From Planctomycetota bacterium (GTDB taxonomy: Bacteria; Planctomycetota; UBA1135; GCA-002686595): a DNA stretch of 64,000 nucleotides. The notes beneath the pieces were generated by a model. That model made no database searches. It was not told the origin of the DNA and saw only the letters and a list, made by a program, of their open reading frames with translations. A program made the position numbers and the translations under genes. The stretch covers positions 10,363 to 74,362 of the forward strand of contig NZBA01000042.1 of NCBI GenBank assembly GCA_002686265.1. Direction: 5' to 3'. Positions 56,655 through 64,000 of the stretch are shown in pieces. How positions within the stretch are numbered: the first letter of the stretch is position 1; each line of letters opens with the position of its first letter.

Positions 56655-57391
56655 GATCCGCGCACCTCACGCCCGCCGCGCGTGCGCAGGATCGCCGCCG
56701 CCAGGTCCAGGTCATCGGGCGCTGTCAGCTTGACGTTGGTCGTCTCGCCCGGCACCAGGGTCACCGGCCGGTCGTAGTGCTCGAAGAGGGCGGCGTCATC
56801 GGTGACCCGCAAGCCCTCGGCAGCGGCGCGTTCGAGCAGCTCGCGCAGGGCCGAGGCGGCGAAGACCTGCGGGGTCTGGGCGCACCACAGCACTGAGCGG
56901 TCCAGGGTGCTGTCGACCCGCTCGCCGTCCGCGGAGACCTTGATCGTGTCCGCCGCCGGCAGGGCGGCCAGAGCCGCTCCGTCGCGCGCAGCGGCGCGCA
57001 GGGTGCGCTCGATCAGGCGCTGCGTCACGAGCGGGCGGGCGGCGTCGTGGACGGCGATCAGCTCCACGTCGCCGCTCGCCGCGGCCACGCCGTTCTGGAC
57101 CGATGCGGTTCGGCTCGCTCCCCCAGCGACCACGGCCGTGACGAGCGACAGGTCGGCGCTCGTCTCGGACAAGTCCCGCAGGCGCGTGACGTCTTCGGGG
57201 TGGGCGACGAGGATGATCTCCCGCACGCATTCGCAGGCGGCGAAGGCGGCGCAGGCGTGCTCGATCACCAGGCGCTCGGCCAGGCGCAGGAGCGGCTTGC
57301 GCTCTCCCTCGGCCAGGGCCATGCGCGTGGACTCGCCGGCGGCGACCAGGATCGCCGAGGCCGCCGGGAGCTGTTCTCCGTCGGGGGTCAT
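56651..57391 (-). CDS. ispD: 2-C-methyl-D-erythritol 4-phosphate cytidylyltransferase
   Basis: Start at MTPDGEQ (ATG 57391). Contains ILVAAGESTRM, VHDAARPLV, TIKV, AQTPQVF and VKLTAPDDL. 4-nt overlap with ispF. The 535-aa track ORF is an artefactual extension. Confidence 0.9.
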   Translation of the reverse strand: MTPDGEQLPAASAILVAAGESTRMALAEGERKPLLRLAERLVIEHACAAFAACECVREIILVAHPEDVTRLRDLSETSADLSLVTAVVAGGASRTASVQNGVAAASGDVELIAVHDAARPLVTQRLIERTLRAAARDGAALAALPAADTIKVSADGERVDSTLDRSVLWCAQTPQVFAASALRELLERAAAEGLRVTDDAALFEHYDRPVTLVPGETTNVKLTAPDDLDLAAAILRTRGGREVRGS

Positions 57392-57478
57392 GGGGGAGAG
57401 CGTGGGCGGCGGTCTCGCCGCGTCTTCCTTTCGCTCGCCCCAGACTCTAGGGTCCGATCCGTGCGGGAGGAATCCCCT

Positions 57479-58021
57479 GTGAGCGCGCCGGGTGCGCGCG
57501 ACGGCGAGCGAGCCGTCCCCGAGGACTTCCCCTGGCCGATCGTGCTCGGGGTGGATCCGGGCACGCGGGTCGTGGGTTACGGGGCCCTCGTGGACGCGCC
57601 CGACGGCCCGCGCCTGCTGGCCGCGGGTGAGGTCCGCACCGGACCCGGCTCTGTCCCCGAGCGCCTGGCCGCCGTGGCGGGCGAGGTGGACGAGTTGCTG
57701 CGGCGCCTGCGCCCGACGGTGGTCGTCGTGGAGCAGGCCTTCGCTGCCCGCAACATCCAATCCGCCCTGCGCATCGGCGAGGGGCGTGGCGTGATCCTGG
57801 CGGCGGCCGCCCGCTCTGGCGCCCAGGTCGTACAATACGCCCCCGCCTCCGCGCGCAAGAGCCTGTTGGGCCACGGCGGAGCGGACAAGACGCAGGTCGC
57901 GAGGATGGTCGCGGTGTCCCTGGGGCTCGACGAGCCTCCCGGGTCGCTCGACACCACCGATGCCTTGGCCCTGGCCCTCGCCTACCTGCACCGCAGCCGT
58001 TTCCCGGGGCCCACAGCATGA
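57479..58021 (+). CDS. ruvC: Crossover junction endodeoxyribonuclease RuvC
   Basis: GTG start 8 nt after GGGAGG. Contains IVLGVDPGTRVVGYG, VVVEQAF, GEGRGVIL, KKSLLGHGGADKTQV and DTTDALALAL. Confidence 0.85.
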   Translation: MSAPGARDGERAVPEDFPWPIVLGVDPGTRVVGYGALVDAPDGPRLLAAGEVRTGPGSVPERLAAVAGEVDELLRRLRPTVVVVEQAFAARNIQSALRIGEGRGVILAAAARSGAQVVQYAPASARKSLLGHGGADKTQVARMVAVSLGLDEPPGSLDTTDALALALAYLHRSRFPGPTA

Positions 58022-58031
58022 TGCCGGCACC

Positions 58032-58976
58032 ATGACGCACGACGATTCGCCCAACCCGGCCGCCGCTCCCGACCGCTCCGGCGGGGGGGGCGATCCGACA
58101 GAACGCGCCCTGGCGGCCCACTTGCCCGGGCTGGTTCTCGTCGATCGGGACCTGAGCGTGGACGGCCGCAAGGTCGCCGACTTCGTGGGCTTGATCGACG
58201 ACCGCCCCGTTCTCTTCCTGGCCCTGGAAGGCGACAGCGAGCGCGTGCTCTTGCGCACCAGCGACGCCGTGGATTTCGCCCGGCGCCACGGTCAAGCCCT
58301 CGGGGCACACCTGCGGGCAGTCTCGGTCGAAGGCGAGGGCCTCCCCGATGTGAACCCCGCGCCGGCTCGCACGGTTCTGCTCTCCGACACTCCCTTTTCC
58401 GCATCGCTCCTCGAACGCCTCGGCGGCTTCGGCGCCCCCGACCTCCTCGTGCTCCAGCGCCGCCGCCTGGAGAGTTCGGCGGGGACCAGCGAGTTCTTCG
58501 TCGCCCTCGACGCCCACCCTGGGAGAGAGCTCCCTCGCCCGCTCGCGGAACCGTCCCCGTTGCCCGCCGCCCTCGATGACGAGGGTGCTTTCATCGCGGG
58601 CCTGCCGCCGGCCCTAGCGCGCACCGGGCAAGCTCTCGTGGAGCGCATCGGGCGTATCGACGAGGGGCTCGAATGTCGCCCGCTGCCCGACGCCGGCGGG
58701 ATGCCGGGCGGGTTGGAGTGGCTCTGCGAACAGGCGCCCCTGTGCCGCGTGACCGCCGTCGAAGGGCACCTGGAGGCGTTCCTGGCGGGCAGCGACGTGC
58801 CGCACTCGATCCGCACCCGCGCCGGCGTGGACGTCTTCCTCGACTGGCTGCTGGCGTTCCATCTCGAGCGCCTCGGCGAGCCCGAAGGCGGCGCCGAGCT
58901 GGCGGACGTCGAACTCGTGCCCCGGGCTCCCGGGCCGATCCTGAGCCCCGAGGAGATCGAGGCCTTCCGCGACTGA
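58032..58976 (+). CDS. Hypothetical protein
   Basis: ATG at MTHDDSPN, 10 nt after the ruvC stop. 314 aa with no recognisable motif. Confidence 0.5.
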   Translation: MTHDDSPNPAAAPDRSGGGGDPTERALAAHLPGLVLVDRDLSVDGRKVADFVGLIDDRPVLFLALEGDSERVLLRTSDAVDFARRHGQALGAHLRAVSVEGEGLPDVNPAPARTVLLSDTPFSASLLERLGGFGAPDLLVLQRRRLESSAGTSEFFVALDAHPGRELPRPLAEPSPLPAALDDEGAFIAGLPPALARTGQALVERIGRIDEGLECRPLPDAGGMPGGLEWLCEQAPLCRVTAVEGHLEAFLAGSDVPHSIRTRAGVDVFLDWLLAFHLERLGEPEGGAELADVELVPRAPGPILSPEEIEAFRD

Positions 58977-59321
58977 GCCGGGCGGCGCGGGTTCACCCGT
59001 TTTCGGGAGAGACGGTTCTTGGACGGCTCGGAGGGCGATCCGCGCTCCTCCAGCCCGCTTCTCCGACGAGGTCGCGAGCCCGAGCGTGCCCGCCGATCGC
59101 CCGTGGCGGTGCAAGAGCCCGCGAGGGGAGCGAACCAGGGGGCCCGATTCCCTCCGTTCCCCGCTTGGATCGGTCCTCAGGTTGTTGCAGCCTGGAGGCT
59201 CCTCCCCACAGGACGCACGATATTGGTGGATCCGCACGGTGGCAGATCCGGGACCGGTTCGGCCCAAGGCCGCGGCGGGCCCGGAGACACGGGCGAGCCC
59301 TCGCCCGCGGGGAGATCGTCG

Positions 59322-60221
59322 GTGCGCAGCCTGGCCCGCGAGGCGCTGCGGCGCCTGCGCGCGCCCCCCCCAGCGACGTTCGACGGCGAGGCCGAGGACC
59401 GCTACGCGCGCCTGCGGGCCGGCTCGATCTGCATCGCGGGGGGCAAGGGCGGCACGGGCAAGTCGGTCGTCTGCGCGGCCCTCGGGTCCCTGCTCTCCCA
59501 GCGCGGCCGCACCCTGCTCCTCGACGCCGACTTCGGCATGGGCAACGCCCACCTCCTGCAGGGGGTGGATCCGGGACGTTCCTTCGCCGATTTCCTGCGC
59601 GGCGAGATCGGCCTCGAGGGGTTGTTGGTCCCGAGGCGCCCGGGACTGGACCTGATCCCGGTCGGACACGGAGCCCTCGATCGCACCGAGCTCTCGACCT
59701 TCGAGATGCACCGCATCGCCACGGGCCTGGAGCGCTTGGAGACGGGCTACGAGCACCTGCTCGTCGACCTCCCGGCGGGGGCCTCGGACCAGACCCTGGC
59801 CCTCGCGGCGGCCAGCGACGTCGTGCTCCTGGTCACCAATCACGAGAACACGGCCCTGATGGACACCTACGCGTTCTACAAGCTGCTGTCCCACCGCCGG
59901 CCAGGCGTGCGCCCGCTGCTTGTGGTCAACCGCGTTGAGTCCGCGGAGCTCGCGCGCGACACCCAGCGCCGCCTGGCCTCGGTCTCCGAGCGCTACCTGG
60001 GTCACTCTCTGCGCATGCTGGGCTGGATCCCCGAGGACCCGCGCGTGCGCTGCGGCCTGACCATGACCACGCCCATCGTCGAGCGCGAGCCCGCCTCGCC
60101 CGCGGCCGTCGCCCTGACCGAGCTCGCCGCGAGGGTCTCCGACGCCCTCGGTGGCAGCGGCCGCGCCGGTCTGGGGCGCACGCTCCTGCGGCGCGTGGGC
60201 TACTCGCCCAGGAGCCGTTGA
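59322..60221 (+). CDS. MinD/ParA-family P-loop ATPase (FlhG/MinD-like)
   Basis: GTG start 7 nt after GGGGAG. Contains the deviant Walker A IAGGKGGTGKS, LLLDADFGMGN, and Walker B-like LLVDLPAG. Confidence 0.8.
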   Translation: MRSLAREALRRLRAPPPATFDGEAEDRYARLRAGSICIAGGKGGTGKSVVCAALGSLLSQRGRTLLLDADFGMGNAHLLQGVDPGRSFADFLRGEIGLEGLLVPRRPGLDLIPVGHGALDRTELSTFEMHRIATGLERLETGYEHLLVDLPAGASDQTLALAAASDVVLLVTNHENTALMDTYAFYKLLSHRRPGVRPLLVVNRVESAELARDTQRRLASVSERYLGHSLRMLGWIPEDPRVRCGLTMTTPIVEREPASPAAVALTELAARVSDALGGSGRAGLGRTLLRRVGYSPRSR

Positions 60222-60595
60222 GGCGCGGCGCCGTGCGCCCCCAGGGCGCGCTCGGTCTTGGGTCCGATGCCGGGCACCTCGGAGAGGCGCAGCTCCCCTC
60301 CGGAGCGCTCCCAACGCAGGCGGGCGAAATCGAGGGCGCGCCTCTCCCCGATGCCGGGCAGGCGGCGCAGCTCGCGCGGGCCGGCCTCCGTGAGGGCCGG
60401 CTGTGCCTCCTCCGACCCGCGTCTCGCCTCCGCGGCGGTTTCCCACCGTCCGGCCCTCCGAGCGAGGGACAGGGCGGTGTCGGCCCACAGGAACCCGCAC
60501 AGGCCCAGGAGCCAGAGCGGGGCGCGGCGAGGGCGGTCGCGAGTCAGGGCTGCGTTCACACCCCGAGGACCCTCCGCGCGAGCGCCGGTTTCCAC
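60200..60595 (-). CDS. ComEA-like helix-hairpin-helix DNA-binding protein
   Basis: N-terminal TM segment PLWLLGLCGFLW. Two HhH motifs are present, LRRLPGIGERRA and LSEVPGIGPKTE. Confidence 0.6.
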   Translation of the reverse strand: METGARAEGPRGVNAALTRDRPRRAPLWLLGLCGFLWADTALSLARRAGRWETAAEARRGSEEAQPALTEAGPRELRRLPGIGERRALDFARLRWERSGGELRLSEVPGIGPKTERALGAHGAAPQRLLGE

Positions 60596-60670
60596 GCCGC
60601 CGGGGAACGATCGCGCCCGGTCGCGGCGATGTGGGAGTGGTCGGCGGGAGGTCGCCGCCGTAGGCTCGGG

Positions 60671-61627
60671 ATGCTCCAGAGCAGCATGGATCCCCCTTCG
60701 AAGAAGAGCCCCGGTGCGCCCCGGGGAAGGTCACCCCAACCCCACCGACCGCCTCCCCGGCCGCCGTCCTCCGAGGCGGTGGAGGAGGCCGTCCGCCGGG
60801 CCCTCGCGGAGGACCTCGGCCAGGGAGACCTCACTTCCGCGGCTTGCGTCCCCCAGGGGTTGCGCGCCCGCGCCGTGCTCCTCGCCCGAGCGGAGGGTCG
60901 CGTGGCCGGGCTGGTCGTCTACGCCCGCGTCTTCGAGGTCTGCGACCCCGCCTGCGAGGTCGAGCTACTCGTACCCGAGGGCGCCACGGTGGGCGCCGGG
61001 GAGCGCCTCGCGACCGTCGTGGGCGACGCCCGAGCCCTGCTCGCGGCCGAGCGCAGCGCCCTGAACTTCGTCCAGCACCTCTCGGGCATCGCGACCAGCA
61101 GCGCCCGCGCCGTCGCGCTTTGCCGCCCTCACGCGGAGGTGTTCGACACGCGCAAGACCACCCCCGGCCTGCGCGCCCTCGAGAAGTACGCCGTGCGCTG
61201 CGGCGGCGCGCGCAACCACCGCTTCGGTCTCTTCGACGAGATCATGATCAAGGACAATCACGTCGACCTCGCCGGGCGGCCGCTCGAGGAGCTGTGCGTC
61301 CAGGCGCGACGCTCCGCGGAAGGCGTGCGCGTGACGGTCGAAGCCCGCGACGAGGCGGAGGCCCTCGCCGCCGCGCGCGGAGGCGCGGACGTAGTGATGC
61401 TCGACAACATGGACCCGGCGGCGATGGCCGAGCTGTGCCCGCGGGTGCGCGCCGCGGCGAGCGCGCTCGACCGTGAGCGCGCGGTGGAGATCGAAGCCTC
61501 GGGAGGCGTGGACGAGACGACCATTGCGGCCGTTGCGGCTTCGGGAGTGGACCGCATCTCGATCGGCGCCTTGACCCACTCGGCGCCCGCCCTCGACCTG
61601 GCCGTCGAGCTGGAGGCGGTCGAGTGA
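60671..61627 (+). CDS. nadC: Nicotinate-nucleotide pyrophosphorylase (carboxylating)
   Basis: ALAEDLGQGDLTS, AERSALNFVQHLSGIAT, DTRKTTPGLRALEKYAVRCGGARNHRFGLFD and IMIKDNH are present. The start is uncertain (ATG 60629, 60671 or 60686). Confidence 0.85.
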   Translation: MLQSSMDPPSKKSPGAPRGRSPQPHRPPPRPPSSEAVEEAVRRALAEDLGQGDLTSAACVPQGLRARAVLLARAEGRVAGLVVYARVFEVCDPACEVELLVPEGATVGAGERLATVVGDARALLAAERSALNFVQHLSGIATSSARAVALCRPHAEVFDTRKTTPGLRALEKYAVRCGGARNHRFGLFDEIMIKDNHVDLAGRPLEELCVQARRSAEGVRVTVEARDEAEALAAARGGADVVMLDNMDPAAMAELCPRVRAAASALDRERAVEIEASGGVDETTIAAVAASGVDRISIGALTHSAPALDLAVELEAVE

Positions 61628-62103
61628 GCTCGATCGAGCGCCGTCCAGCACCTCACGAGGTGAGCCTGGAGCTACCCGCGGCTCACTGCGCCGCGTCCTT
61701 GGCGCGCGAGGTGCTGCGCAAGTTCGCGGCGGGGGAGGGCGTCTCCTCGGCCGACATCGATGTGCTCGATCTCGTCGTGAGCGAGCTGTTCTCCAACGCC
61801 GTCGATCACGGCGGCGGCCAGGCGGCGATGGAGGAGAGTGACCTCGAAGCCGACGCGCGCGTGCGCCTGCACCTGCGCGCGGTGCAGGGATCCTGGATCC
61901 TCTCCGTGGCGGACGAGGGCGGGGGTGAACCCGCGGACGTAGAGCCCTTCCTCGACCCCGAAGCGGTCCCCGATCTGTCCGACGAGCGCGGGCGCGGGTT
62001 CTTCCTCCTCGCGGGCATGGTCGACGAGCTGAGCGTGGGGCGCTCCTCCGACGGTCGCGGACTCGAGTTCGTCGCCCGCAAGCGGCCGGACGGCCCGCGG
62101 TGA
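61624..62103 (+). CDS. HATPase-type anti-sigma factor / serine kinase-like protein (RsbW/SpoIIAB-like)
   Basis: 4-nt overlap with nadC. Contains the N-box-like VSELFSNAVDHG and the G-box-like DEGGG ... ERGRGFFLL. Confidence 0.6.
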   Translation: MSSIERRPAPHEVSLELPAAHCAASLAREVLRKFAAGEGVSSADIDVLDLVVSELFSNAVDHGGGQAAMEESDLEADARVRLHLRAVQGSWILSVADEGGGEPADVEPFLDPEAVPDLSDERGRGFFLLAGMVDELSVGRSSDGRGLEFVARKRPDGPR

Positions 62104-62612
62104 AGGCCGTCGCGCTGCTGCGCGGGATCGGGGTGGGGCTGCAGCGCATCCCGCGCTCGCTCGCACCCCTGCTCGTCGCCGCCTGGATGGTGTTGATCTG
62201 GTACCGCTCCTCGATCCCCGGGGAATCGCCCTCGAGCCACGTCGTGTGGAGCGCGGCGCGCAATTTTCTGCACGCTCCGGTTTTCGGCTTCCTGGCTCTG
62301 CTCGGGGTGCTCTGCCTGCCGCGAACGTCCGCTTGGCCGCGGATGGGACGCGGCGGCGTGGCCTGCGTCCTCGCCGGCGCCATCGCCTACGCCTTGGTGG
62401 ACGAGTGGCACCAGGCGTCGGTCCCCGGCCGCGTCTCGTCGCTCCTCGACTGCGCGACCGATCTCGTCGGCGCGGCCTGCACCCTGGCGATCATCGCCTA
62501 CCTACGGCGGCCGGCCGCCCGCGACGCGGGCCTCTGGGTGCGGCTGGCTGTCGGGTTGGCCTCGTGTCTCGCGGCGGCGGTCTTCGCCACCATTCCAGAT
62601 TCCGGTCCGTGA
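62100..62612 (+). CDS. VanZ-like family membrane protein
   Basis: 4-nt overlap with the upstream gene. Four hydrophobic helices. Contains HAPVFGFLALL and the DEWHQASVPGRVSSLLDCATDLVGA motif. Confidence 0.7.
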   Translation: MKAVALLRGIGVGLQRIPRSLAPLLVAAWMVLIWYRSSIPGESPSSHVVWSAARNFLHAPVFGFLALLGVLCLPRTSAWPRMGRGGVACVLAGAIAYALVDEWHQASVPGRVSSLLDCATDLVGAACTLAIIAYLRRPAARDAGLWVRLAVGLASCLAAAVFATIPDSGP

Positions 62613-62745
62613 GCTCGCGTGGCGCACGAAGGCGCGCCACCACCGCTGACTCGCTCCGAAACCGCCGTGCCGCCGGGAGACGCGAGGGCACGCTGGGCGG
62701 CGACTTGCTGGGTCTGGAGCGCGCCTGCGCTAGAATCAGCCGGCG

Positions 62746-64000
62746 ATGAGTGACGCAGACACCTGGTCGAGCCCCCTGGCCGGACGCTACGCCAGCCGCG
62801 CCATGCGCGAGCTGCTGTCCCCGCGCACCCGCTTCGCTACCTGGCGGCGGCTCTGGCTGGCCCTGGCGGAGTGCGAGGCGGAGCTCGGCCTGCCGATCAG
62901 CGAGGCGCAGCTCGACGAGCTGCGCGCCACCCTCGGGGAGCTCAACCTCGAGGTCGCCGAGGAACACGAGCGGCGCCTGCGTCACGACGTGATGGCCCAT
63001 GTTCACGCCTGGGGCGAACAGTGTCCGACGGCGCGCGCCATCCTGCACCTTGGCGCGACCTCTTGCTTCGTGACCGACAACGCCGACCTGTGGATCTTGC
63101 GCGAGGGTGTGCGTCTTCTCCGCCGCCAGCTCGTCAGCGTCATTGCCCAGCTGCGCGACTTCGCCTGGCGGTGGCGCTCCCTGCCGACCCTCGGCTTCAC
63201 CCACTACCAGCCGGCGCAGGCGACCACCGTCGGCAAGCGCGCCTGCCTGTGGCTGCAGGACCTCGTCCACGACCTCGCCGACTTGGACCACGCCGAGGAG
63301 CAGATCCGCTTCCGCGGGGTCAAGGGAACGACCGGCACCCAGGCTTCGTTCCTCGAGCTCTTCGAGGGCGACCACGACAAGGTGCTCGAGCTCGACCGGC
63401 GCGTGACCGAGCGCATGGGCTTCGAGCGCTGCTTCGGCGTCACCGGCCAGACCTACCCGCGCCAGCTCGACTTCCGCATCGGCCAGGCCCTCTCGTCGCT
63501 CGCCCAGTCCGCGCACAAGTTCGCCACCGACCTGCGCCTGCTCTCCAACAGCCGCGAGCTCGAGGAGCCCTTCGAGACCGATCAGATCGGCTCGTCGGCC
63601 ATGCCCTGGAAGCGCAATCCGATGCGGTCGGAGCGCATGTGCTCCCTCGCGCGGTTGGTGATGGTCCAGCTCGACAACACCGCCCACACCGCCGCCAACC
63701 AGTGGCTCGAGCGCACCTTGGACGACTCGGCCAACCGGCGCGTGGTCCTCTCGGAGTTGTTCCTGGCCACCGACGCGGTCTTTGGGCTGTACCTGAACGT
63801 CTCCGCGAATCTGGTGGTTCATCCCGAGCTCGTGCGCCGCAACCTCGAGCGGGAGCTCCCCTTCCTGGCCTCGGAAGCCCTCATGATGGAGGCCGTCAAG
63901 GCCGGCTGTGACCGGCAGGACGTCCACGAGGCCGTGCGCCGGGCCAGCTTCGAGGCGGCGCGCTCGATCACCCAAGGTGGGGAGAACGACCTTCGCGCGC
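62746..64000 (+). CDS. purB: Adenylosuccinate lyase, 3' end outside window
   Basis: It is not in the ORF track because no stop is reached. The frame from ATG 62746 reads MSDADTWSSPLAGRYASRAMRELLSP ... HVHAWGEQCPTA ... LGFTHYQPAQATTVGKR ... GVKGTTGTQASF ... GSSAMPWKRNPMRSE (fumarate-lyase signature). Confidence 0.9.
   Translation, partial: MSDADTWSSPLAGRYASRAMRELLSPRTRFATWRRLWLALAECEAELGLPISEAQLDELRATLGELNLEVAEEHERRLRHDVMAHVHAWGEQCPTARAILHLGATSCFVTDNADLWILREGVRLLRRQLVSVIAQLRDFAWRWRSLPTLGFTHYQPAQATTVGKRACLWLQDLVHDLADLDHAEEQIRFRGVKGTTGTQASFLELFEGDHDKVLELDRRVTERMGFERCFGVTGQTYPRQLDFRIGQALSSLAQSAHKFATDLRLLSNSRELEEPFETDQIGSSAMPWKRNPMRSERMCSLARLVMVQLDNTAHTAANQWLERTLDDSANRRVVLSELFLATDAVFGLYLNVSANLVVHPELVRRNLERELPFLASEALMMEAVKAGCDRQDVHEAVRRASFEAARSITQGGENDLRA

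Noticed and set aside
56651-58258. 535-aa ORF suggesting a large N-terminal extension on IspD. Similar Arg/Pro-rich N-terminal extensions appear on 28286..29566, 49459..51075, 19001..19657, 36953..38446 and 60218..61627.
   Set aside because: The extensions overlap neighbouring genes (ruvC, the tRNA and others) and lack any family similarity. Internal Met/GTG starts give proteins of canonical length, with signal peptides or SD-like motifs. Only the C-terminal portions were annotated.
58614-60734. 706-aa minus-strand ORF
   Set aside because: It overlaps the MinD-like ATPase, the hypothetical gene and the nadC start on the other strand. Its composition is dominated by Arg/Gly/Ala/Pro and I see no domain motif. 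The only credible minus-strand gene here is the short ComEA-like ORF at 60200..60595.
62491-63975. 494-aa minus-strand ORF covering the right end of the window
   Set aside because: It is antisense to an unmistakable purB reading frame (GSSAMPWKRNP signature) that the track omits because it has no stop inside the window. The minus-strand translation is Arg/Gly/Ala/Glu-rich with no motifs. This is a typical high-GC shadow ORF.

Overview
High-GC (about 70 percent by eye) bacterial chromosomal segment. I call about 55 protein genes and one tRNA. I saw no rRNA, CRISPR array, transposase or integrase. Several families are typical of Planctomycetota or other PVC-type genomes: a giant PVC-type heme-binding dehydrogenase, a PSCyt-like CxxCH protein, tandem DUF1080 domains and a DUF1570-like HExxH protein. 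The taxonomic call is inference only. Recognisable housekeeping genes are pntAA-pntAB-pntB, typA, ispD-ispF, ruvC, nadC, purB (runs off the 3' end and is absent from the ORF track), an MsbA-like ABC exporter, an RRM RNA-binding protein and tRNA-Gly(CCC). Many long ORFs in the track are antisense or out-of-frame shadows of real genes, as expected at this GC content. Many real genes start well inside the listed ORF, so I re-derived starts from signal peptides, paralogue alignment, SD-like motifs and stop/start overlaps. The most interesting observations are these. (1) One gene is split by the ORF track at an in-frame TGA within a deiodinase-type FGSxT-U-PPF active site, with a SECIS-like hairpin just downstream. 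This looks like a secreted EF-hand plus deiodinase-like selenoprotein. (2) An unassigned six-cysteine C-terminal module of about 150 aa is shared by four secreted proteins with unrelated N-terminal domains, including a blue-copper protein and a tandem 368-aa pair. (3) A tightly packed seven-gene minus-strand operon has twin B12-binding radical SAM paralogues, a GT-B glycosyltransferase, a Thr-type alkaline-phosphatase/sulfatase-like enzyme, a class I glutamine amidotransferase and an Rrf2 regulator. Its product is unknown. All family assignments come from motif recognition by eye. No database search was run.
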